A stretch of 64,000 bases of DNA from positions 23,562,001-23,626,000 of the forward strand of contig CM119371.1 of the NCBI GenBank assembly GCA_051294905.1, written 5' to 3'. Shown here in pieces: positions 38,519 through 50,439 of this stretch; position 1 is the first letter of the stretch, and each line of letters begins with the position of its first letter. The notes beneath the pieces are model-generated. The model saw only the letters and a program-made list of their open reading frames with translations, had not been told where the DNA came from and did no database searches. Source of the stretch: Botryllus schlosseri. Its lineage: Eukaryota. Both the position numbers and the translations under genes were made by a program.

Positions 38519-38933
38519 GTAAGTATGAATAATTGCTGAAAAAATTCTTGGTACACAGATCAGGACATGAAAATGAAGCTCAGCAATATAATGATTTTGT
38601 GACGATGTTATGAGTTTCTTTTGGGAAATTCATTGTTAACCAATCGCATCGCCATGAATATTAATCAATTATTCGTATTTTCTAGCAGTGGTGGCTCGTC
38701 CAATAGGGCAACTGGGGCATGCCCAACCTAAAATTCTGTTCAATAACAAATATTTACCATTTATAGATGCACAGCATTCAAGATATACCGAAATCACAGC
38801 AAAGCTCGCATATACGCCTTCTGCTTTCGCTTGTAAATGTCCATACACAGCGAAGGCTCTGCGAATCGAATTCTCTTCTGTGTTTTCGCTTTGTGAATGC
38901 CTAGCCGGGGCATGCCCCGGTAGCGCTCATAAC

Positions 38934-39448
38934 TAGGGCTGGGCAAAATGATTCGAGTACTCGAATCTGAATCGAGTAGTAATTTTAATGATTCGAGTCG
39001 AGTAGTAAAAGACGATTTTTTCGAGTACTGAAATTTTACGGTCCTCTCAACTGAAAGTTAATTTACTGACGAGAATTATAGTTTTGATACTATTTTCCAC
39101 TGAGGAAGCTGTGAAACCTTGATTGGCCGTGTTTGAGCACACCAGGCACAGTTTAAAGCTACGAACGTTACTGGAAATAACACATTTCCGAAGTCATTAT
39201 CATCCAACAAAATTGTAAAGAAGTGCAATGAAATCGGTATGGTCGAAAAAATACCAAAGTATCTTTAATGTGATGGATAACAGGCATTACGTTCTTTGTG
39301 GTGGCATAAAAGGTTCATATTTGGACTTCGACATAGTACATCCTGTTGTGACGTCATAATGAGTGATACTCGATTACTCGACTCGACTCGAAGCATATTA
39401 CGTGATTCAGAATCGAATCACTCAGGTACTCGATTTTGCCCAGCCCTA
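38934..39448. mobile_element. hAT MITE (TAGGGCTGGGC TIR, CTCGA repeats)
   Basis: TSD CTCATAAC on both sides; partial second copy ending at 41770. Confidence 0.9.
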
Positions 39449-39525
39449 CTCATAACAAGCTTTCACCGTCTGTTCTCTCAAAACCGTGCACAAGAAAGAA
39501 ACGGTGACTTACTCTCTCTATAGAT

Positions 39526-41277
39526 CAGTGCTCTTCAACTTTTTTCGACGTGGTACACCCTTTTAACGTTTGCTCAAAACTCGTACACCCCTGTTCACAT
39601 AAAAACCCAAGTCGGTAATCGGCCTAATTATCATAAGAATTAGCAAGCTATAGGAACTGCTAAATATACTAATTAGGGCCTGTTCTGCCACTTTTAAATA
39701 CATGTGTTGTACATGCTTTTTTTAATCTAAATTGTCTAGGCCAGTGGTTGCCATCCTGGGGGCGCGCCCCCCTTGGGGAGAGTGAAAGCTTGGAAGGGGC
39801 GCGAAGAAGCGGTCAACTGAAGAAAAATTTCGCGCTTTGCCTCCAATTCATGCCTGTTTCTCTATATGTACACCGAATTTCATATTTTTTTAATTCTCTC
39901 ATCAACAGGTATAATCTTCCATGCCATCACAAAATCTGTTGGAGTTGCTGGCATCTTGGTCGGATTTTGTGATATGACGATAAGAGAGGGGGGCGAAATT
40001 TTTCACCATCATAAATGGCGGCGTGTCTAGAAAAAGGTTGGGGACCACTGGTCTAGGCCAAGGTGTCCCATTAAAAGACTACTCGCAATCTTGTGGCGTT
40101 AGTAATTGATGAAAATGAATATATAAGAACGAATTTGTGGACCACTGTACATACAAATACCAAATACTGCACTACAAAATAATGCCAGACATTCAATGCG
40201 CCCGTTGCTGCTGTATTTCGTCTGCCAGCTGCGCGAAGTTAGGCAGTAGCCTTTTTTCGAGTGCTCCTCTCATAAGCATATCAACATCCTTGATGCAATT
40301 TCTTTTTTTCGATTTAATTTTAACAAGTACAGAAAATCCTTGCTCGCAAAGATATGTCGTAGGAATGCGAACAAGAATCTTAAGCGCTTTTTGACTCAGA
40401 CTCAGTGTTTTAGTAATAGCTCAAATCAATTACGGGATTCAGAGTCTATTCGCAGCCAGTTAGGCTGCCCGCCACGCAAATTGGAATTAACTTCGTGTCA
40501 GCCCAAAACGGCATGACATTACGAACGATAATCAACTAAATGTAACAGTATTGGGGAGACAGCAGGTAAAAGTTGCTGCTGCAGAAGCAGTAATTCAGAC
40601 CAGCGATGATAGCAGGCGCACCAGCCTACTGCGTATCAAGCCTGCCCCACACACAGTCGATATTAGCACACTGCCGTTATACACAGTCGATTGCCGCTAA
40701 TTTGTATCACTAATAACAAAATACTAAATTGCAAATGTATGGCGAAATATTGGATATAAAATCGGCATTTTAAAACAATAGGGTTTCGATTTCAACATGG
40801 AAGCTGTTTCGGCCCTGGCTGGCTATGTCACTTTCATGTACGTGCATTGCGGCAATTATTAACGTTGGGTAGGAAGTATCGATTCAAGAAGTCTGAGCTA
40901 TCGCGGCGGTTTCGTCAAGAATCACTAAAAGACAAATCGCTAGCTGAACACATGTTTGTTAACTGCATCCTTTCCAACACCAAACGAAGCCATTGGTCCA
41001 TTCCCGACGTCTAAATGAATAGGAGAAATATTTGCTTATAACATCACAATCTAGCGGTGTATAGTATTACACTTGAGATAACATCGTACCATGTTGCTCA
41101 TTAACCTGTGCGTCAACCTGTACTGACGCATAAACATGCCTTTGTGATAGCTAGCCATCGGCTCAATGTAATTCGGATCTGGTACACCCCTGTACACCCC
41201 ACCCTAGTGGTACACCCTTTGCAAATTCTAGTACACCCTAGGCCTAGGGTGTACGAAACCCCGGTTGAAGAGCACTG
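39526..41277. mobile_element. Non-autonomous hAT element
   Basis: TIR CAGTGCTCTTCAAC / GTTGAAGAGCACTG; TSD CTATAGAT; subterminal GTACACCC repeats. Confidence 0.9.
39742..40050. mobile_element. hAT MITE nested in 39526-41277
   Basis: TIR CAGTGGT / ACCACTG; TSD GTCTAGGC; same family as 1959-2272. Confidence 0.85.
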
Positions 41278-41788
41278 CTATAGATAACTAACCTACGGAT
41301 AGATACGCAACACCCGCCGTCACGCTTGCTTGCTCGGAGGGAAATACTGTTCAGCAATCTGAACGCAACGTAATTGCTAATCCCATAGCTGACGACCCGA
41401 GCGCTCAAATTAAATATAGTCGATCTCATTTGAAAGCTATTGTCGCACTGATTCCGGGTCGTCATCTATGGGATTAGCAATAACGTTGCGTTCAGATTAC
41501 CGAGCGGTATTTTCCGGAAATGTGTCCAGTAACCTTCGTAGCTTTATACTATAGGTTTCATATTCTACGATGCCGCCAATCACGGTTTCAAGGCTTCAAC
41601 AGTGGAAATTAGTGTATGGAAACTATTCTTCTCGTTGATAAATTAACTTTCAGTGGCGAGAAGCGTATAATTTCGGTACTCGAATAAATCGTCTTTTACT
41701 ACTCGACTCGAATCATTCAAATTAGTACGCCATTCAGATTTGAGTACTCGAATCATTGTGCCCAGCCCTAGTCGTAACACACCAGGAT

Positions 41789-43380
41789 GGGGAAGCGAGT
41801 GGCGCAGTTGGTTACGCACTGCAGTCACGACACCAATGGAAGTGGGTTCGAATCCCGGTTCTGACCAACTTTCTACGTGTTGGAGGTTTCTCTGGGCTCC
41901 TCATCGCCGATATCACTACTACGGCAGTGCATTGATAAGCCTAGATCGAAAGCCGGCAGCTGAGACAACGCTGGGGGTAGGTATGAGGGGGGTAGTGGGG
42001 CTCTGCTACTCGGCTTTGTTCCCCAGGACGATATCTGGCGATAACTACTCCTGTGCTATATGAAGGAATTACAATTCTTTGTATATCCCTGCCACTTGAA
42101 ATCGTGAATTCGATGACCGGCCATATAGTATGAGCGTCTGTGAGTAGGGGCTCTGGCGTTAGGGGCATACTCTGTTTTGGTCGGCAGTCTGAATTAGATT
42201 GACCCTGACACGGTCATATTTAGGGCAATGGAGGAGGAAATGCTCCAAGGTTTCTTTGATCCCGCATGCATCACAAAGGCCACTTTGATGACATTAAATT
42301 CTGTGTAGATGACCGTTCAGCCCACAGTGACCAGTCTGCAGTATAATTAGGATTAAAGATTCCCTGCGTGACAAATCGATCATTGGGTTTATGTCCCTGA
42401 TATCTCCATTAATTTTTCTATGTTGCGAGTCGTCGTCATGGGTATTCATGTGATTGATCCACTTTTTCCGACATAATCGGCAATATGGGATTTAATTTTC
42501 TTCATAGTATTTTTTGCTGAAGGTTTTGATCTCGCGCAAGTGGCATCAGTGCTGCTCTTCGTGCGATTTTGTCGGCTTTTTCGTTGCCGCGGATACCTTT
42601 ATGGGCAGGGACCCAGACCAAAACAACTTCGATCCTTAGTGCATTTAATTCAGATCCTAGGAGGAGGATATCGGCGATGAGTTCATTGTCCGGAGAGCAA
42701 TTTCGAATCGCCACTAGACTGCTCTGGCTGTTCGAAAAAATAGCCACACGACTTTCCGGCGTACCATTGCGTTTAACCCATTCTAAACTATTTCGAATGG
42801 CGTTCAATTCTGTCGAGAAGACGGATAAGTGACTGTCGAGGGTATAGCTGTAACAGACGTCTCTGTTCTCAACGAAGAAACATGACCCACAGCCCGATGC
42901 GTTTTCCGAGCCATCAGTATAAATTCTGGTGCTCCCCGCATATTGCTCGTGTATGTATTCTTCGGTGATTTGTTTTGCGAAAGTGGGATGAACATCTCTC
43001 GATAATAACGTAGCTAGGCGTAAGTCTACGCCGATCTTGGGCTGTGGCCATGGTGGCAACGGAGACTGTTCGTAATTCTGGACGATTGGATCTTCAAACA
43101 TATCCGGTCCTGCTAACATGTTGAAGGTTCGCAATGAGTGGTTGCCGGGAAAAATTTCATGGCATGAGCCAGTTATTAAGTATTTGTGGGGCGATTCACA
43201 CAACGTTGGGGGCGCGTGCTATAGTGAGAGTGACTGAAGATTGACTGGGAGAAGAGAATGAAAGCAGTGCCCAAGATTACGAAGGGCAAATACACTATGG
43301 ACATTATCATATTTCGTGTAGTGGCAGCACACGGCTTGAAAAAAACTATAAACGCCACTGTGTAGTACCAATAATTACAA
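41789..43380 (+). mobile_element. tRNA-derived SINE interrupted by a LINE
   Basis: Head GGGGAAGCGAGTGGCGCAGTTGG...GGTTCGAATCCC as at 5269; 3' part resumes at about 43200; TSD TAACACACC(C)AGGAT at about 41775 and 43381. Confidence 0.8.
41978..43199 (-). mobile_element. 5'-truncated I/Nimb-clade LINE (RNase H plus CCHC zinc knuckle)
   Basis: IYTDGS...VFSTELNAI...WVPAHKGIRGNEKAD (RNase H); downstream LQTGHCGLN..CDACGIKETLEHFLLHCPKY; TSD ACAACG(C/T)TGGGGG at 41965-41977 and 43200-43212. Confidence 0.88.
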
Positions 43381-43866
43381 TAACACACCCAGGATCGTGT
43401 ACGAAACACTTTCGGATGGGCTTAGAAAAACTAGGGTCAATCGATTTGCGTAATATCTACCTCGAAATCATAACGCATACTACTAAAGATGCGCTGATGA
43501 TCGATTCGTGGCATAGGGACGATTCTTAATACAATTTGTAAAATGATCCTTTGAATAAAAAAAAAAGAATAAAACATTTTTTACCACACTTCAAGTCACG
43601 GCTCACCGGCAAACCTCTCGCGGCACTACGTTAAAGTCACTGTTGTCGGGAAATTCATGTGACCATCATAAAATTACTTTTTTAAGTTGGAAAACGCCAT
43701 TGTGACATAATTTTGATAAAATGTCGCTTGTAGCCCTTGCCCCACCACCCGATATTGTCACGAGCCGCCACTATTTTCTAGCCATTCGAAGACACAAGGG
43801 ATTAAATCGACTTTAAGCTACATTTATTTTAAAGCATTAGGTTATTGTAATAATTCTGTTTCGAAG

Positions 43867-43985
43867 CTCTCAACAGTTCAAGGAACGACATGAAAATGTA
43901 AGCCGAAGGTTACAATGAAATAGCGAATACACCCAAGTTCATTGGTTGCTAAAAGATGTGCGTCAAAAATTGAGAATTTAAGGTG
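43867..43985 (+). pseudogene. Decayed LRR exon B' (paralog of 37194-37361)
   Basis: AAAATGTAAGCCGAAGGTTACAATGAAATAGCG aligns with AAAATGCAAGCCAAAGTTTATCGTGAAATAGCT; contains TAA/TGA stops. Confidence 0.7.
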
Positions 43986-44657
43986 GGGTAGTCCAATATA
44001 TCAGATTCCTAACGTTAAACGAGCTTAGTATTTAATGATAAGCAAGCTTGTTCTTAATGTGCAGAAAGCAATAATCTCGCTTTCACATTACGAGGTTGAA
44101 ATTGAATTATTGTGGTCTGATGCAATCGTAATTTGAACATAACAGTATTGGCTCAAATTCTTTGAGACTTGAGCAGAATAAATCGACAAGATATGATGCG
44201 CAATGTAATTGATATTGTCAAAACTTGAATCGATGCTGGAACTCTGTCGACGCGTGTATTTCTGCACTCTCAAAGTACAGCTCTTCTCAAATATAACAGT
44301 TACTTTTCTCTGATCTGAATACCAGCTTCCATTGTGCGACAACCTCTCCATTGTTCTGCTTCACCTCGTAAATTTATTCTCTGTTCAATTCAACTTGAGC
44401 ATGCTATAGTAATCTCATCGTGAGCAATTTCCGAGATAATATGACTCGATAAACGCAATGTAAATCCCCCTGACGACACTGTACATTAGGATGAACTGGC
44501 CAATTAGTTCGAACTACTTGGTTTCTCATAAGAACGACCATATTCGACTATATCATACGACTAACTCTCGGATTGGCACATTGCACACGTTACTATAAAT
44601 TGGTGTTTACCTGCCGTGTGTCGCAAAGAGAATCACAGAATACAAGTAGGCTACAAC

Positions 44658-45893
44658 CAGGCCCGTAACTGCCGCACCCCAAACTCCCCAATTGGGGAGG
44701 GGGTGCGCTCGTAGGGGACCCAAAGTTATTTCGTGAATTAGTATAAATTATAGAGTATTTTTTGAAAATTCATGCAACTTTATCATAATTTTTTCGCGCT
44801 ATGCGCGATTTTACGTTGCCAGTTGCCTTGATCTTGGGGTATTCTTCCCCCGAGAAAAAATACGCAAGATTTATAGAAATAGGCATGTTGGCGTTGGCCG
44901 TTACCGCGCCACGACGCACCAAGACATATAAAGTAGGTCATGTAACATGCGACTCCAAGAAGTGTGCCAGAACAATCGGCAGTGAGAATACCTTGGCCGA
45001 AAAGGACTGCCCTAATGGAGACCGAAAACTTCGTTATATAGGCCTATACAGAATACTGTCTTGGCAATCTGAACCTCGCAAGACAAATACCATCCCGCAG
45101 GGAAAAATTATATGCCAGTGAAGAAATTCCAATTTGAAATCGTGTGCGTCTTTTAGTTTCGTAGCCTGCGCGTTATGGCGATTTTATATTTTTTATATAG
45201 CAGACAGGAGGTCACGAAATAACATCATGTTAAGGAGTCATACCAACGGGCCCTAGTTTCCAAGACACCTCACTCAGCTCTACCGGTAAATCTGATTACG
45301 TGAGCAGAGAGGACAAGAAGTTGATAGCAATATATATGCAATTCCCGATCGTACTGACCGATTTTATCATAAATTTTCGAAAATATTCGCGCTTGGCGCT
45401 GGCCCACTAAGCAATACAACCCATTTCGTGGCAAATCGCACAAGGTGATGGGGGGGGGGTAAGTTTATCACGCTATATGGGAACCCACGACCCAAGATTT
45501 TTAGGGGGGCTGACGAAGTGCTGTTTCGTTCTTGCCAACATTCTTGCCAAGATGTTTAATTATAATATTGAGGGGTCCTACCTTTTCAAACACCCCTCAC
45601 TCAGCTCTACCTGTAAATTTGATTACGGTAGCAGAGAGAGGATAAAAATTCACAGCAACATATATGCAATTGAAGCATGAATTATATAAATTTTTCGCGC
45701 CTCGCGCATTTAGGCTACAAAAGTTGACCCCCTAAACGCTGCCCATTGTAGTGATGAAGAAGCATCGTCAATTAGCGAATAGATTAAGTGGGGTCTGAGG
45801 GGCAAAGCCCCCTAGAAGTTAGGTTCATCAACATATGGGGGGCCAAGACCAACGTTTTTTTGGGGGGGCCGGCGAAGTGCTGTTACGGCCCCG
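44658..45893. mobile_element. Non-autonomous hAT-like element (CAGGGCCGTAAC TIR family)
   Basis: Starts CAGGCCCGTAAC, ends GTTACGGCCCCG; near-TSD GCTACAAC/GCTACAAG; related segments at about 2760-3660 and 33370-33960. Confidence 0.7.
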
Positions 45894-47390
45894 GCTACAA
45901 GCTGATGTGGAATGGGAGAAATGTCGACACGGAATCCCAAAAATTGTACAATATATTTATCCCAACGTCAGTTAAAACCTAATTACTTAGTACGGTATAA
46001 CCCGTACTGGACTCAGAAGTAAGCGCAACATTTAGAGCATAGTTATCTGAGCTTCCCGTCAATACATTCTGCAATTTCATTGTCCTTGCGACGCAACGTG
46101 ACCCGAGATATATTATAATTTTTCGTACGAGCTGTTGTTATTACTATATCATGTGATAAGACATATCGTTCGGTCATAATTATTACCTAGAAGTGCACTA
46201 AACTTTGAAAGACACCACTACCAGCAGGTTTACCGATTAAGCTATTTGTGAATCGGAGATAAGAAGCATGCTAAAACGTGAACTAGATTGGAAGAATTTT
46301 AGACTCGGAATCCTATCAATCGGGTATTCGATTTTTGCATCGCTAGCTAAAACAGGAAGTGCTTTAGAAATGTGTTTTTTAATAATGTTGGGCCACATCG
46401 GATACCACACTGTAAAAAATAAAAACCTCGATTTCCCGCGAAATGTTTGGAAGCACGGTAGCCAGATATTTCGTGGTAATGTAACATTACCGTGAGTCAA
46501 TGTAAATCTAACTTACACTCGTCCGGTAATCTCACTTTACACGCCAGACTGTAATGTTACAGTCACCCACGGTATATTCAATCTACATGTTCTCCTGTAC
46601 ATTCACGACCGAGACTGTAATTTTACCGCCTACCTACATACATGCTGTCCGTGTAAATCAGGATTACATACCAGCTTGTAAATTCACGTACATCCATACC
46701 TATCGCAAAAAGTTCTTCACACTCCCAAAACGACATTGGAACAAACTGTATATTCACGATGAAATGGTTATCGATGGAAAAGTATTGCTGCTGGAGGTAT
46801 AATTCTTCTTTAGGAGACATGAAGTAACACGAGTGGGCTCAATAAAAAGTGAATTAATTCCAACACCGGCCAAACTTCCAATTGTTTATTTTTCTCGTCC
46901 TCATTCCTTCTGTGTAACTAGCCTTGCAGTTCCACTAAAAAGAATTCACGCGTAAGTCGCTATATTAACAGAGTTGCTAACCTGGACATGACATTATAAA
47001 GACTAAGGGTGGATTGCACAGATGTCGAATAATCCCTAATCGCCGATTAAACGTCAGTCATCATCACGACGCGTCGAACGGGCCAAAACCGGCCCACCTC
47101 CAGTTGACGAACTCCTTATAAAAGGTTTTCGATAGGTAATTTTACTGACAATTCTTTAAAATTCGGAGTAGGAGATGTATTGTTTCCATTTGTGTTTATC
47201 GTGACTCTCTGCGTGCTTCATACTCACGTTTTAACGCTCGTTTTGAACTGAATAGACAAATTTTGATGATCATGAGAAACATGGATTTATTGTCTTTTTA
47301 GTAATTCCCAACAAACTAACCATATCCAAAGACTGCTGTACGTCATCAGCTATACGAAAACGACACATGGGGAACACTGCTCGGCAAATT

Positions 47391-48616
47391 CAGAGGTGGT
47401 CAAAGTAGTCAAGAAAGCTACTCAAGTAGAAGTAGAAGTAGCGACGAAAACATCTACTCAAGTACGAGTAGAAGTACTTCTCCCACGAGCAACCTAAAAC
47501 TACTTGAAGTAGAAGTAGAATTTGCTGACTTTAAAAGTACTCAAGTAAGTAAGTAGTTGTGAAAACGATCCTAATTCGTTCACATGGATTGTAAAAAGGT
47601 GCAAATTGAGCTAAGCGAAAGGTGACGAGCTTGATTCATATTGATGCATACCAGCAGGTATCCAATTTTTGATAGCATAAGCATTCGTCCACATCGTTGG
47701 ATGAAAATGATAGTATTGATATGGAAATGCGATACTAATCCTCTGTTTACTCAAAGAGTACGTTTTAGAAAATATCATGGTATTGCGCACTACGGCCTGT
47801 AGTTTAGTCGAAGAGCAATACGGAGAAGTTGTGTTGGATACGGTGTAAACACTTTGTGCGATTAGTAAACGTTAATATAAATATGGTGGACCGTAAAAAT
47901 GCTATATTGTGTAGCTTTAGCATGTACGTTATCGAGACAAAAGAACTGATATTAATTAGAAATCAAAATATATGGTACTGAGTATTGTAAGTGAAATATA
48001 AATCTGAAAACGGAACATGTTTTTAAAGTCTGTAGTCCGGGAAGTTTGGAAGGTTGATATGCAAAAACAGCTCTGAAACTAAAAAAGAAGTCAGAGTCCA
48101 CTTTTTCAGATGAGGACACGCCATGGACAGCTAGATTACGATATGATAAGTAAATGCTAGATTGCGAAACATCATTTTCAAACTTTATGATAAGCCATTT
48201 ATACTGTGATGAAATATTTGATATGGCGAAGGGCGACAATGCGGTATGAACGGAACCACGCCAACCAGCTACCTAAATTATATTCGCCGATACTTTCGTG
48301 AAATTATACTGGATACTCCGCATTCAGCGCGCTCGAAGCGCGACAAAAATATTGGGATTAACTCAACTTTTATGAAAATTAAATGTCGTTACTCCGTGTA
48401 AACAGCCCCGAAATTTCTCAGGCTATCTTCCTGATTGGAGGATTAAACTACTTCTACTTGACAAACTGAAAATAGCGAAAAGTAAGTAAGTAGATCACAA
48501 AATGTTACGAAGTAGAAGTAGTGAAATTCATATCTACTTGAGTAAGTTCCAGAAGTAGAGGAAAACTACTTGAGTACTTCGAAAAAGTAGAAGTACTTCG
48601 TTACTGACCACCTCTG
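47391..48616. mobile_element. hAT element inserted in the left palindrome arm
   Basis: TIR CAGAGGTGGTCA / TGACCACCTCTG; TSD GGCAAATT; AAGTAG subterminal repeats; empty site in the right arm at about 53728. Confidence 0.9.
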
Positions 48617-49537
48617 GGCAAATTCCTAATCTGAACCGCTCCTTAATCAATCTGCAATTGATTTTTATAGCACTGGTATATTTATTATCACTTTTCAGAC
48701 CTTATTCCATCTCAAATTGAATGTTTGAAACATCGGTATGACTACGATAGCGTATTCGATAGTCACACGAACAATGGTGAGTGCATTTAGGACATGAACT
48801 TTTTTAATATGTTACTTGCATCCAATTTTAACTTGCAACAGTCTGGCTTTGCTACTGTGCAGGTGCCTGAGCAGTATCGTTGGCCATATTATTGTTAGGC
48901 TTGCAACTCCACTTGAAAATTTGACTTCGAGTCAGGATTTCTCATACCGTATGTCATACTGAAGCAGTGACTCGAGTCAAATCCATTCATCCTATTCCAA
49001 ACAGGTAATTTTGACTCGAGTCAAATCATGATTTTAGTCATCCATCCTTTCTATGTTTTGCTAGGTTAAGATAAACCATGAAAAAATAATTTGAAAGTAA
49101 CTTTTCTAATGTTAACTTTTCTAATGTATTTCTAACTAAAATATTTAAATTAAATCTTTATTCAGATGCATATTCCGAAGATTCAGTTTGCACCTTCATC
49201 ATCGACTAGGATGTGAGGACAGAGGCTTTTTCTTCATGTCACAACAGCGATAGTAAGTTGAGGTACTAATTTGAAATCCATATGAATCATGTTGGTACTA
49301 ATATAGCCACACGAATACTTCAAATAGAAAATTGCGGGTTGTTTTGATTGACATTAACATTGCTCTATTGCACTTGAACTCTATTGAACCAATACAACTG
49401 TTAACTATAGTTTTCTTGCAGCAAATGAAATTGCTGCCCTTTTCGTTGTTGATGGCGATGTGACGCTTCCTTCAGTTCCCTCGATAGACTTCAGGATGGA
49501 ACACCAGACCGGTAAGTGTTAGCATTAGCATACAACG

Positions 49538-49840
49538 ATGGTGATGCAACCCACAGTTTATTCATTACTACATTCAGATATACAAGATGAAACAGAACAC
49601 AAAAAGCTCAGCGCCAATTGTCTCGAAAAAGAGAGCCAGAATTCCAAGTTTGGAAATACCAGGTGTGTTGATGAAAATATTCATATTTTACCTATAATGT
49701 TGGTGAACAAAATGTGGTGTTCAGAAATGAGCGTCCTGGAAATGGAAAAGGAACAGCATGATATCAGAATGAAATATTTTGAGTTACAGATGCATGTCAA
49801 GTACCAGAAACTGGAAATTGAAAAAGAACTGCATAATTGA
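49538..49840 (+). pseudogene. Harbinger Myb/SANT-like protein, C-terminal coiled-coil remnant
   Basis: LEMEKEQHDIRMKYFELQMHVKYQKLEIEKELHN; mirrored at 52547-52831 on the minus strand. Confidence 0.55.
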
Positions 49841-50256
49841 GAAAATACAGCAACGAATCGAAATAGCACAAAAACCAGACTTGGACAACTAGTTAATTGG
49901 CTGTATAATTAGAATAGTAAGTGCAAATGACAGTAGTATAATTCTAACCGAATTTCTGGTTTTGCTGAAAATTCTATAGTAGAACTCTACAATACTAAGC
50001 GAGTTGTGCAGATTCAATTTTCAAATATTCAGTAATCTCTATTCTAATTTAATTGAAAAATAATTACTGTATCTATAATTCTATTCTAATTTGGAAAAAT
50101 ATGCAGCCATAATTATAATTATAGTCTAATTTTGAAAAGCTGATTTTCTAGGTGTCCAATTCTGACTACAGCACTGAATCTCGTAATAAAAATAATTGAC
50201 GAGGAATTGAATGTGTGGTTATTGGTGTTGAAACACGAGATCAAATACTCAAGACA

Positions 50257-50439
50257 TTACAGAGAAGTGATTTTGAACACACTGCGCTGAAGTTGTGCCG
50301 TCATGTTATCAGTGTCGCTAACCTCCAGCGTATATTCCAATGGATTTGCTCTGACTTTGACCAATCTTCTTGGTACTCTCTCTTCAGCTAGGCTCTCTAA
50401 CATCTGGAGGGTAGCAAGAACATTGACGTATGGATCCAT
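50257..50439 (-). pseudogene. Internally deleted Harbinger (HARBI1-like) transposase
   Basis: N-terminal RVPRRLVKVRANPLEY fused to a C-terminal piece, read in the right-arm copy (about 52064-52112) as ARLQRRQIVQNHFSG; DDE core absent. Confidence 0.6.

Larger units (their letters stand above)
38686..43773. mobile_element. hAT element hosting a multi-layer transposon nest
   Basis: TIR CAGTGGTGGCTCGT / ACGAGCCGCCACTA; TSD TTTTCTAG at 38678-38685 and 43774-43781. Confidence 0.8.

Noticed and set aside
41789..41865. tRNA-like sequence with A and B boxes
   Set aside because: It continues into a SINE body with a TSD and matches the SINE at 5269; not a tRNA gene
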